DNA from: Gemmatimonadota bacterium
Lineage (GTDB): Bacteria > Gemmatimonadota > Gemmatimonadetes > Longimicrobiales > Gaopeijiaceae
Length of the DNA: 64,000 nt
Assembly (NCBI GenBank): GCA_039589315.1
Contig: JBDHHQ010000003.1
Coordinates: 64,001-128,000 of the forward strand
Direction of reading: 5' to 3'
In this document: positions 9,484-18,395 of the stretch, piece after piece
Layout of the letters: every line of letters begins with the position of its first letter
Position numbering within the stretch: position 1 is the stretch's first letter
Position numbers and translations under genes: made by a program
Notes under the pieces: model-generated
Seen by the model: only the letters and a program-made list of their open reading frames with translations
Database searches by the model: none
What the model was told of the DNA's origin: nothing

Positions 9484-10701
9484 GTGCTTCGCTCCGAGCC
9501 ACCGGCCCGTCGGATTCTCCTGGTCGATTGCGACCAGTTCTACGTCCAGGTCGCCCAACTCGAGGATCCTGACGGGGCAGGCGCCGTGGACCTCCTCATC
9601 GTCGGCGGCTCCGCCACCGGCCGAGGCGTCGTAACCTCTGCGTCCTACGCGACGCGCGCCTATGGCGTTCGGAGTGCCATGCCCACGGCCCAAGCGCTCC
9701 GGCTCTGCCCCCAGGCCACTGTAGTGGGTGTGCCCAGGGAGGCGTGCTCTCGGCGAAGTGGAGAGGTGAAGGCGGTCCTGCGGCTGCTCTCGCCGGTCGT
9801 GCAAGCGGCCTCCATCGACGAGTTCTACCTGGATCTCACGGGGACCGAGCGGCTCTTCCAGGGCGAGCTGTTGGAGGACACGGCCTGGCGCATCCGCGAG
9901 ACGGTGCTGGACGAGACCAGGATCTCCGTCTCGGTCGGTGGGGGCGCGACCCGCCTGGTCGCTAAGCTGGCCACCCGACTCGCCAAGCCCGGCGGCGTGC
10001 AAGTGGTCGGGTTCGGCGAAGAGGACGCGTTCATGCGGCAGTTCTCGCTGGCCGATCTGCCCGGCATCGGGCCCTCCCTCGTGGAAGCGCTCCGGCGCCG
10101 TGGCCTCGTGTCGGTGGAGGACACCCTCCCCGTGGAGGAGGCCTGGTTGCAGCGGTGGTTCGGACCGACGCGCGGGAGCTGGCTCTACCGCAGGGTCCGG
10201 GGCGTCGATGGCTCGCGGGTGGACCCCCACGAGCCCAGGAAGAGCGTGAGCTCCGAGCGTACGTTCGCCCGGGACCTGCCATCGGACGGCACCCTCGAGC
10301 GGGAGCTCATGAAGCTCGCGGTCTCCGTGGGACGGCACCTGCGCAAGGGACACCTCCGGGCCCGCACCGTGACTGTCAAGCTCAGGGACGCGGACTTTCG
10401 TACCAGGACGGCCAGTCAGACGCTCCCCGAGGCGGTGGAGTCGGACGGGGTGATCTTCTCCGTGGCTCGGGACCTGCTGGCCCAGCTGCGGCGCAGGCGG
10501 CGCACCCCGGCTCGGCTGCTCGGCGTGGGGCTGAGCAACCTGACGGACGGGGACGAGCCGGGCCAACTCGGGCTCTTCCGGGACGAAGGGGTCGTGGAGA
10601 CCGCCAGGCAACGGGCCCTGGCACGCACGGTGGACGACCTGAAGGGCAAGTTCGGCGACCGTGCCGTGATTCCGGGGCGCATCGTGAAGGGCGGCTCATG
10701 A
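9484..10701 (+). CDS. dinB: DNA polymerase IV (Y family)
   Basis: ILLVDCDQFYVQV, SASYATRAYGVRSAMP, ASIDEFYLD, KPGG, RKSVSSERTF; start approximate (GTG 9484). Confidence 0.92.
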   Translation: MLRSEPPARRILLVDCDQFYVQVAQLEDPDGAGAVDLLIVGGSATGRGVVTSASYATRAYGVRSAMPTAQALRLCPQATVVGVPREACSRRSGEVKAVLRLLSPVVQAASIDEFYLDLTGTERLFQGELLEDTAWRIRETVLDETRISVSVGGGATRLVAKLATRLAKPGGVQVVGFGEEDAFMRQFSLADLPGIGPSLVEALRRRGLVSVEDTLPVEEAWLQRWFGPTRGSWLYRRVRGVDGSRVDPHEPRKSVSSERTFARDLPSDGTLERELMKLAVSVGRHLRKGHLRARTVTVKLRDADFRTRTASQTLPEAVESDGVIFSVARDLLAQLRRRRRTPARLLGVGLSNLTDGDEPGQLGLFRDEGVVETARQRALARTVDDLKGKFGDRAVIPGRIVKGGS

Positions 10702-11492
10702 CGGCGACCGACGTTTTCGGGCCCAAGGCGGTGGTGGGTATGGTGCACCTGCTCCCGCTACCCGGCTCGGCCGGGTGGGGCGGGTCCATGGACGGGGTCC
10801 TGAGCCGGGCGACGCTCGACGCCCGCACGCTGGTGGACGGAGGTCTCCACGGAGTGGTGGTCGAGAACTACGGCGACGTCCCCTATTTCCCCGGGCCGGT
10901 CCCCGCCGAAACCGTGGCGTCCATGGCAGCGGTCGTCACGGCACTCCGCGGGGAGCTGGACGTTCCGCTGGGGGTCAACGTGCTCCGGAACGACGGCCCT
11001 GCCGCATTGGCCGTAGCGGCGGCCGCCGGAGCGGCGTTCATCCGCGTGAACGTCCATACCGGCAGCATGTTCACGGATCAGGGTCTCATCCAGGGCAGGG
11101 CTCACGAGACGTTGCGGCTACGGGCGACGCTTCGCGCGTCCGTAGCGGTGTTCGCGGACGTATTCGTGAAGCACGCCGACCCACCAGCGGGGACGCGCCT
11201 GGAGGACGCGGCCCGGGACGCATGTCAGAGAGGGCTGGCCGACGCGCTCATCGTGTCGGGAGACTCCACGGGCCGCCCCACGGACCCGGCGGTCGTGACC
11301 CGCGTCAAGGAGGCCGTCCCGGACGTGCCGGTGTGGGTCGGGAGCGGCGCGACCCCCGAGACGGCCCGACTCCATCTGCGGACGGCAGACGGCCTGATCG
11401 TGGGGAGCGCGTTGCAGCGAGATGGCGTCGCGGGCCGGCCGGTGGATGCGGAGCGAGTGCGGCGCTTCATGGACGCCGTGTCAGCTGGCTGA
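10698..11492 (+). CDS. BtpA/SgcQ family TIM-barrel protein
   Basis: VVGMVHLLPLPG, VENYGDVPY, GVNVLRND, FIRVNV, ADVFVKHA, ADGLIVGS; ATGA overlap with dinB. Confidence 0.9.
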   Translation: MTATDVFGPKAVVGMVHLLPLPGSAGWGGSMDGVLSRATLDARTLVDGGLHGVVVENYGDVPYFPGPVPAETVASMAAVVTALRGELDVPLGVNVLRNDGPAALAVAAAAGAAFIRVNVHTGSMFTDQGLIQGRAHETLRLRATLRASVAVFADVFVKHADPPAGTRLEDAARDACQRGLADALIVSGDSTGRPTDPAVVTRVKEAVPDVPVWVGSGATPETARLHLRTADGLIVGSALQRDGVAGRPVDAERVRRFMDAVSAG

Positions 11493-12216
11493 GGAAGGCG
11501 CCGTCCCTCTCTCGAAAGACGATCTCCGTCTCGAAACCGACGTCGTCCGATACCGACGCCAGAGTCTCCGGGTCCACGAACAGCTGCGGGAACGGGGGGC
11601 CCCGTCGCCCTGCGAACTCGAGTTGATAGTGGAGCTCTCCCACGTACCGTCCGTCCGGAAGCACGGCGGCGCCACCGTCCCGGGGGTCCGTGGAGTCGAT
11701 CAGGATCCGTCCTCGGGCCCGCAGGAGGCCCCCGAGGTGGCTCAGGAGGCGGCTCAACCCGCCCAACGTACCCGCGATCATCGAGCCGTTCATCAGCAGG
11801 AGCACGGTGTCGTAGCCATCGTCGTCGCGGAACGTGAAGGCATCGCCTACCCGCGCATCCCTTACGCCGAGGCTCCGCATGGCGGTGACGGCGACGGGCA
11901 GAGGGTCCAGGGCGGTCACCCGGAGCCCGCGACGCTGAAGGGCGAGGGCAACGGCCCCTGCGGTCGCACCCAGATCCAGCACCCGCCCCTGACAACGAGC
12001 GAGAGCCTCCCGCTCCACCGGCCGGAACGCCGACTCGTCGCGGAAGAACAGGCGCACCGCCACCGTCTCGGGCTCGGAGACGTCGGTGTGGACCGCAAAA
12101 GCGGCGGCGTCGTCCCCGTCCAGGAAGGCCTGCATGGCCTCCGCCAGCGGCCGCCATTGCGGTGGGATGGTGCCCATGGGCGAGTCCCACTGGGCGGCAT
12201 CCGAGCTCGAGCGCAT
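11467..12216 (-). CDS. Class I SAM-dependent methyltransferase
   Basis: GRVLDLGATAG, YDTVLLLMNG, GRILIDSTD; start may be 12178. Confidence 0.8.
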   Translation of the reverse strand: MRSSSDAAQWDSPMGTIPPQWRPLAEAMQAFLDGDDAAAFAVHTDVSEPETVAVRLFFRDESAFRPVEREALARCQGRVLDLGATAGAVALALQRRGLRVTALDPLPVAVTAMRSLGVRDARVGDAFTFRDDDGYDTVLLLMNGSMIAGTLGGLSRLLSHLGGLLRARGRILIDSTDPRDGGAAVLPDGRYVGELHYQLEFAGRRGPPFPQLFVDPETLASVSDDVGFETEIVFRERDGAFLSQLTRRP

Positions 12217-12311
12217 GAACGGGGGTCCGGCGACGGGTCGGGGAGACTACCAGGGTCCGGGCGCCGCGAGGCGCCCGGACCACGGCGGCCGGTAGTCTCC
12301 GACGGAACCGA

Positions 12312-14060
12312 TCAGTGGCTCGACTTGCCCTGCCGCTTCAGGCGCTTGTGCACCTCGGCGTTTTCCAGCCACGGCTTCCGCTCGAAGTAGCTCCGGGTCT
12401 CCTCGACGACCTGTGGAGCCAGCAGGATCAGCGCGATCAGGTTCGGGACGATCACCACGGCCAGGAAGATGTCTCCCAGATTCCAGATCACCGTCAGAGG
12501 CAGGACCGCCCCGACGAAGTGCATGATCACGAAGACGATCTTGTAGGGGAGCACCGCTCGGGCCCCGAACAGGTAGTTGGCGCAACGGTCGCCGTAGTAG
12601 CTCCAGGCGATGGCCGTGGAGATGGCGAACAACAGCACGGAGATCACGACGATCAGATGACCCCAGGAGCCGAAGCCCGACAGCCCCCTGCGGAAGCCCT
12701 CCATGGTCAACGGCGCACCGCTCTCTACGGCCTCGCCCCACAGCGAGGTATACTCCTGGCCGTCGTCGCCTGTCGCGCCTCCCGGTCTGACGACGCCGGA
12801 GAACGGCTGGGTCATCTCCGGGTCGACGAACAGCTCATCCACCACCACGTCGTGCCAACCGACCTGCACGGCGCCGGGGCTCGTATCGACATGGCGGCCG
12901 TCCTGGATGCGAATCTCCGCCGGCGCGTTCGTAGTGGTGTTGTTGTTACCGGTGTTCGATACGGATACCCAGGCGAGGTCGCCTCCCGTGAGCGTGACCT
13001 CCGTCGCGATCCGATCGTTCCACACGCCCGTGGTGAGGATGACGAGACCCGTCATCGTGCAGATCACGATCGTGTCGATGAACGGCTCCAGGAGAGCCAC
13101 CACGCCCTCCGACACTGGCTCGTCCGTCTTGGCCGCCGCGTGGGCGATGGGCGCCGACCCCTGTCCCGCTTCGTTGGAGAAGAGGCCGCGCCGCACCCCC
13201 CACATCATGGTCATCAGGAACGCGCCGACGCCGGTGCCGGCCACGCCGGCCGTGGGGTTGAAGGCTTCGCGGAAGATCAGGCCCAATGTGGGGATGACCG
13301 CTCCGGCGTTGATGAGGATGATCACCAGCGCCCCGAAGACGTAGATGGCCGCCATGGCGGGCGCGAGGATCCCGGTCACCTTTCCGATGCGCGTGATCCC
13401 GCCGAGAATCACCGCCGCCACGATCGCGGAGGTCAGCAGTCCGCTGGCCCAAACCGGAATACCGAAAGTGGTCTGCATCGTGTCCGCGACGGTGTTCGCC
13501 TGGATGGCGTTCCCGGTGAGGAACGCCGTCACGCCCAGGATGCCCGCGAAGAACACGGCCATCCACCTCCAGTTGGGTCCGAGTCCCTTCTCGATGTAGT
13601 ACATGGGGCCCCCGGACACCGTCCCTTCCCACTTGTGGGCGTCGCGGTCCACACCCTCCAGCTGGCGGTACTTCTGGGCCAGCGTCACTTCGGTGTACTT
13701 GGTGGCCATGCCCAGGGCCGCGGTCACCCACATCCAGAACAACGCCCCGGGACCACCCCAGTGGATGGCGATGGCAACGCCGGCGATGTTGCCGATCCCC
13801 ACGGTCGCGGACAGCGCGGTCGTGAGTGCCTGGAAGTGGGAGACGTCACCGGGTTCTTCGGGGTCGTCGTAGATGCCCGCCGTGACGGCGAAGCCGTGCC
13901 CCAGCCGACGGAGCTGAATGAACCCGAGGCGGAGCGTCAGGAAGACCCCCGTGCCCAGGAGCAGCAACACCATGAAGGGCACGGTCTCGTCCCCCACACG
14001 GAAGCCGAGCTCCACGATGTAGCGGTTCCCGAGTTCGGACAGTGTCTGGAATAACTCCAT
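12312..14060 (-). CDS. Alanine/glycine:cation symporter (AGCS family) with a large loop insertion
   Basis: FQALTTALSATVGIGNIAGVA, GGPGALFWMW, GGPMYYI, RGLFSNEAGQGSAPIAHAAA, PFIDTIVIC. Confidence 0.93.
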   Translation of the reverse strand: MELFQTLSELGNRYIVELGFRVGDETVPFMVLLLLGTGVFLTLRLGFIQLRRLGHGFAVTAGIYDDPEEPGDVSHFQALTTALSATVGIGNIAGVAIAIHWGGPGALFWMWVTAALGMATKYTEVTLAQKYRQLEGVDRDAHKWEGTVSGGPMYYIEKGLGPNWRWMAVFFAGILGVTAFLTGNAIQANTVADTMQTTFGIPVWASGLLTSAIVAAVILGGITRIGKVTGILAPAMAAIYVFGALVIILINAGAVIPTLGLIFREAFNPTAGVAGTGVGAFLMTMMWGVRRGLFSNEAGQGSAPIAHAAAKTDEPVSEGVVALLEPFIDTIVICTMTGLVILTTGVWNDRIATEVTLTGGDLAWVSVSNTGNNNTTTNAPAEIRIQDGRHVDTSPGAVQVGWHDVVVDELFVDPEMTQPFSGVVRPGGATGDDGQEYTSLWGEAVESGAPLTMEGFRRGLSGFGSWGHLIVVISVLLFAISTAIAWSYYGDRCANYLFGARAVLPYKIVFVIMHFVGAVLPLTVIWNLGDIFLAVVIVPNLIALILLAPQVVEETRSYFERKPWLENAEVHKRLKRQGKSSH

Positions 14061-14289
14061 TCGGCTCCCCCGTTTCGTGCGGTCTCGTCCCAGGGGGGCG
14101 ACGCAGGGGTCGCCCCGAGCTGCACCGCACCTGACCCGTAAGCAGGCGTCTCGTCGCCCGAATCAAACGCACAACAATGCCCCGAAGCGGCAAGTCGGGC
14201 AAGCAGTTCGCGACGTCGGTTGAAACCGCGTTTCCGCGGTGCCCGTACGGTGGCCTGGACCCCCTAGAACCAACCGGGAGAGCTCAGCC

Positions 14290-15564
14290 GTGCGTTCCCT
14301 GGCCATCCTCGCCGCCCCTCTGGTCCTCGTCGCCTTCGTCTCTCCGCTCGGCGCGCAGAGCCAGGAGGAGCGGGACGAGAGTGCCCTCCGTCTCACCGTT
14401 GGAGGCGTAGGCCTCACGGTGGGGAACGCTTCCCGCGCCAACGGCCTGCGCATCAACTTTCGGGACGACTACCTCGAGCGGGTCAACGGGATCAACCTCA
14501 CGCTCTGGACCGCCCGTGAGCAGGTGGGAGGAGAGGTCGACGGACTGGCCCTCGGTGTCCTGGCTCCCCAGGCGGGTCGGATCCATGGGGCGGCCCTGGG
14601 ACTGGGTGCCGTCGTGGGGGAGGAGCGCCTGGCGGGGCTCAGCGTCGGGGGCTTGGCGGTGGTCTCGTCCGGCGACGCGTACGGTGTGAACGTGGGCGGG
14701 TTGGCCAGCGTCACCCAGGGTGACATGACCGGCCTCAACTTCGGTGGCCTGGCCACCGTCTCGCAGGGTCGTCAGTCCGGGGTGAGCTTCGGCGGGCTGG
14801 CCGTGGTCAGCCAGGGAGGGACCCGCGGCGCCACCGCCGCCATCCTGGCCGTGGTTTCCCAGGGCGGCGTCCTGGGCATCTCGGCAGCCGGTCTGGCAAC
14901 GGTGGCAGAAGGCTCGGTCGAAGGGCTACAGGCGGCGGGCCTGGCGGTGGTCGGGCAAGGCGCCCTCAGGGGGGTCTCGGCCGCGGGTCTGGCGCTCGTG
15001 GCAGAAGGACCCGTGGTGGGCATCAACGCGGCAGGTCTGGCGCTCGTGGGTCAGGGCGCCCTGTCCGGCGTCAACGTGGCAGGCCTGGCCGCGGTCAGCG
15101 AAGGGAGGGTCGCGGGTCTCAATGTGGCCGGCCTGGCGTTGGTGGCCGGCCCCCTCCACGGCTTCGGCGGGTCGCTGGGAGCGGTGGTAGCCCAGGGTGG
15201 GATACGGGGCGTGGCCGTGGGCGGAGGCGCCATCGTGAGCTCCCGCGACGTGCGGGGAGCAGCCCTCAGCGTCGGAGCCGTCGAGGCGGCGGACGGCATC
15301 CGGGGAATCGCCACGGGCCTGGCGAAGATCAAATCGCCGGACATCCGGGGCAGCGCGCTGTCCCTCGGCTACCTGGACGCGGGCCGGGTGGACGGGTTCA
15401 CCGTGGCCGGGTACAACCGGGTCCGGGGGCGCCACAGCGGCCTTTCCCTGGGGCTTTACAACTCCGCCCGGGAGCTGAACGGCATTCAGATCGGGCTGCT
15501 GAACCGGGCCGACAACAACCCCACTCCGTTCCGGTATCTGCCGTTCATCAACGTGCACTTCTGA
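14290..15564 (+). CDS. Exported Gly-rich repeat protein (LA_2272-like surface repeat family)
   Basis: Signal peptide; many 19-aa repeats G-x-N/S-x-x-GLA-x-V-x-Q/E-G; C-terminus GIQIGLLN...LPFINVHF. Confidence 0.7.
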   Translation: MRSLAILAAPLVLVAFVSPLGAQSQEERDESALRLTVGGVGLTVGNASRANGLRINFRDDYLERVNGINLTLWTAREQVGGEVDGLALGVLAPQAGRIHGAALGLGAVVGEERLAGLSVGGLAVVSSGDAYGVNVGGLASVTQGDMTGLNFGGLATVSQGRQSGVSFGGLAVVSQGGTRGATAAILAVVSQGGVLGISAAGLATVAEGSVEGLQAAGLAVVGQGALRGVSAAGLALVAEGPVVGINAAGLALVGQGALSGVNVAGLAAVSEGRVAGLNVAGLALVAGPLHGFGGSLGAVVAQGGIRGVAVGGGAIVSSRDVRGAALSVGAVEAADGIRGIATGLAKIKSPDIRGSALSLGYLDAGRVDGFTVAGYNRVRGRHSGLSLGLYNSARELNGIQIGLLNRADNNPTPFRYLPFINVHF

Positions 15565-15650
15565 CCAAGCGAGGCACCCCCTCGGACCCCCGGGCCGCCA
15601 GCGCCCCTTCGAGGACCGCGGCTCAGATTTCGGACCCAGCGGTCCCGGGA

Positions 15651-18080
15651 CTACGTGAGCCCTGGGCTCCCCTTGCCAGCGAGGCCCGAGACCTCCGGTC
15701 GGACACCCTCCTCCCGATGCCGTCGGTCCACCGGTTCGTCTGCGATGGCCACGCGCAGCGCCTTGAGCCCATAGACCCCCTGGAAGTCCTCGAGATCGAG
15801 AGGCTCCACTCCGGGCATGGTGTACCCGGCAGCCTCGAGGTAGTCCAGATACCCGAGGTACTCCTCCGCCTCCTTCTCGTGCGAGTAGGCGATCGCGAGC
15901 TTGCCGGGCTGGGTCAGCCGCTCCTGGCTGTTGCGGATGCGGGCCTTGTCGATGCGCTTCTTCACGATCTCGTAGCGGATGTTGTAGGCTCCGTCCACGT
16001 CGAATTGCTTTTCGTCCGAGCGAAACCGAATCGACAGGGGGGTGTTCTGCACGAGCACCAGGTGCGTGGCATCCAGTGGAATCATCATCTGGGGCCGGAC
16101 ATCGCGGAGCTTCCACTCGATCCGGCACATGAGCATCAGCTGCCACAGCCTCAGGTTGCGGAGGTAGAGGCGATCGAAACCACCGTGCTCCAGTAGCGAA
16201 TCCCCCACGTAGATGCTGTAGTCGACCCCGTCGGTCTTGAACATCTCGAAGTAGTGGGGGAACATGGCCTGAGCGTGGATCTCCTCCTCCTCGAGCGTGA
16301 GTGCCACGGTGTCGTTGATCAAGGCGACCGAATCGTCGAACTCCTTGCGGCGCCGGTAGAGTATGCCAAGCTCTGGGTCGAGGGCTTCCCGGTACTCGTC
16401 CACCCGGCTACGCACCTCCCCGCCGTACCCCGCCACGCGGTCGAAGAGGGACTCCACCCCATCGTGGAGAAACTCGAGGACCGTGGACTCGTCATCGGCG
16501 GTGAGGCCGTCCTGGATCGCCTCGTTGAGGGCGCGGATCCGATACGCGAGCTCGTCCAGGATCGGCAGGCGCCGCGCCCGGGTAGCGGCCCCGATGACGC
16601 CGGCCGCGAGGTCCAACTGGTAGATCAGGTCCGACTGGATGGCGGTATTCCGTTGCTCCGAGGATCCGCGCAGGTCTGTCAGTCCGTACAGCGGATGCAG
16701 ATCCTTGAAGACGATGGGCTCCCGCTGGGGCACCTTGCCTGAGGCCTGCTGCTCCAGGTAGGAGTGGGCCGCATCGCGGAAGCGCCATTCGACGACCGGA
16801 TGGATCGCCGTGTACTGCTCCTTGATGAGGGCCTGGATGCGATCTTCCTGCTCTTCGAGCGTCCGCTTCATGGCCGTGGCGAAGAGATCCACCACCTCGT
16901 AGAGCTTCAGGCTGTCCAGGGCATTGAGCCCCTTCCGGCGGGGGGTCGCCACCTCCAGAAAGCCGAGCATGCGGCCGTCGAGCCTCAGCGGATAGATCAC
17001 CAGACTCCGGAATCCTTGCGCCAGTAGGTGCTGCTCGAAGCTTGTTCTCGCCTCGCTGTCCAGATCGTGCACGATGACGGGATCCGAGGACTCGAACGCC
17101 CGGGCGTAGCACGACTCCTCCTTGCGGGAGCACGCGGGGACGGTGTTCTTGTCCATGAGAATGCTGCGGCCGACGGGATGTGCCCCCACGATGTCGTCGA
17201 CATCCTGGCCCCGCTCGATGGCGATCAGGCCGAACTCCAGCTCGGGGCGCCCCAGGAAGTTGCGGAGGCGGCCCCGCACCCGATCGAGGTGTGCCGGAGA
17301 GGTCAGCGCCTCGGAATGCAGCAGGTCGTTCTTGAGCCGGGACAGGGACTCCTGGTGGGTCACGTCGGTGGCGGCCACCAACGTCAGACCCCGGAACTCG
17401 AATGACGTAGGCGGGAGCTTCTCCATCCAGAGCTCGAGGTTCGACGGGTCCGAGATCATGGACGCGATGTCCTCCTCCGAGAGCTCCGGGAGGGGCCCCG
17501 TGGCCTCCACCCGTACGAAGCGCGGGTCGAGACCGACCTGGAGGTGCCGCTGGAGACCGCTGTCCTCGTCCTCGAGCGTGAGCACCATCGGGTAGTGGAT
17601 GTCGGCCTCCACCCCATACAGCCAGCTCAACGCCACGTTGTAGGCGAGGATGGCCTTGCCTGCCATCAGGAGCTCGACTGGCATGTCGATCCGCTCCTCG
17701 AAGGCCGTCGGGTCGAAGAGACGCCTCTCCGCGGCAGCCGGAGTCATGAACACCGGCGTCATCTTGAAGGGCACCACCGCCCCGGCGAAGACCCGGTCCC
17801 CCAGGGCCAGGGGAAGCACACCCATGAGCATCATCTCGACGAGGAACCGGTGCTCCTCCAGGGCCGACAGGTCCTCCACGTCTCCACGGAGCGCCTCTAC
17901 ACCCTCGACCTTCTCCAGGATCGTGCGCGCCAGGTGCTCTCGGACGGGGGACGTCCCGGCCTCGGCGACCTGCCGCCAGAAGTCCAGTAGCGGCTCGAAG
18001 GAGAGCACGGCGCGGAACGGAAAGGCGCCTTCCAGGATCGCGACGGCCCGTCTCAGGGGCAGCTGACTCTGCTGGCTCAT
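15651..18080 (-). CDS. GAF domain-containing protein with a putative divergent class III nucleotide cyclase domain
   Basis: GAF signature DPVIVHDL...QGFRSLVIYPLRLDGRMLGFLEV; C-terminal motifs YGLTDLRGSS, FKTDGVDY, FDVDGAYN, QPGKLAI. The CDS is confident; the cyclase call is inference. Confidence 0.75.
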   Translation of the reverse strand: MSQQSQLPLRRAVAILEGAFPFRAVLSFEPLLDFWRQVAEAGTSPVREHLARTILEKVEGVEALRGDVEDLSALEEHRFLVEMMLMGVLPLALGDRVFAGAVVPFKMTPVFMTPAAAERRLFDPTAFEERIDMPVELLMAGKAILAYNVALSWLYGVEADIHYPMVLTLEDEDSGLQRHLQVGLDPRFVRVEATGPLPELSEEDIASMISDPSNLELWMEKLPPTSFEFRGLTLVAATDVTHQESLSRLKNDLLHSEALTSPAHLDRVRGRLRNFLGRPELEFGLIAIERGQDVDDIVGAHPVGRSILMDKNTVPACSRKEESCYARAFESSDPVIVHDLDSEARTSFEQHLLAQGFRSLVIYPLRLDGRMLGFLEVATPRRKGLNALDSLKLYEVVDLFATAMKRTLEEQEDRIQALIKEQYTAIHPVVEWRFRDAAHSYLEQQASGKVPQREPIVFKDLHPLYGLTDLRGSSEQRNTAIQSDLIYQLDLAAGVIGAATRARRLPILDELAYRIRALNEAIQDGLTADDESTVLEFLHDGVESLFDRVAGYGGEVRSRVDEYREALDPELGILYRRRKEFDDSVALINDTVALTLEEEEIHAQAMFPHYFEMFKTDGVDYSIYVGDSLLEHGGFDRLYLRNLRLWQLMLMCRIEWKLRDVRPQMMIPLDATHLVLVQNTPLSIRFRSDEKQFDVDGAYNIRYEIVKKRIDKARIRNSQERLTQPGKLAIAYSHEKEAEEYLGYLDYLEAAGYTMPGVEPLDLEDFQGVYGLKALRVAIADEPVDRRHREEGVRPEVSGLAGKGSPGLT

Positions 18081-18200
18081 GGCGATACGCTCGTTCGCAA
18101 GGAGGGACGCGTACTACACCCGAGCCGCGGCGGGAGTGCCCGGTGATCCCGGAGGCGCGACTCGGGGATGCAGGATTAGGCGGGGCGAGGTGCGACAGGC

Positions 18201-18395
18201 GAGGAGCCCAACGACGTCCTGCGCCGCCATACGCGCCCCATCCGCCCTGGTCGGGGGCGTTCTAGCGTGGTGCTGCACCACACTAGCTTGGACGCAGGGG
18301 TAGGAGCGTGAGCACGAATACCGAGGGTACCTGGAAAAGTACGTCGCAGGATACCCGACGAGCCCAAAGACCTCCTGCGCCGCTATGCGCGCTCC
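18201..18395. repeat. Imperfect 39-bp direct repeat (two copies) flanking a hairpin
   Basis: 18201-18239 versus 18357-18395, 33/39 identical; inverted repeat at 18262-18286. Confidence 0.8.

Noticed and set aside
11467..11492. Convergent 3' gene overlaps (also 6551-6573)
   Set aside because: Short tail-to-tail overlaps are routine in GC-rich genomes.
18176..18367. 63-aa minus-strand ORF, or other coding readings of the 39-bp repeat
   Set aside because: TTG start only 3 nt from the AGGAGG, no recognisable protein, and a stop interrupts the plus frame that links the two copies.
18201..18395. CRISPR array
   Set aside because: Only two imperfect copies, a 117-nt spacer and no cas genes.
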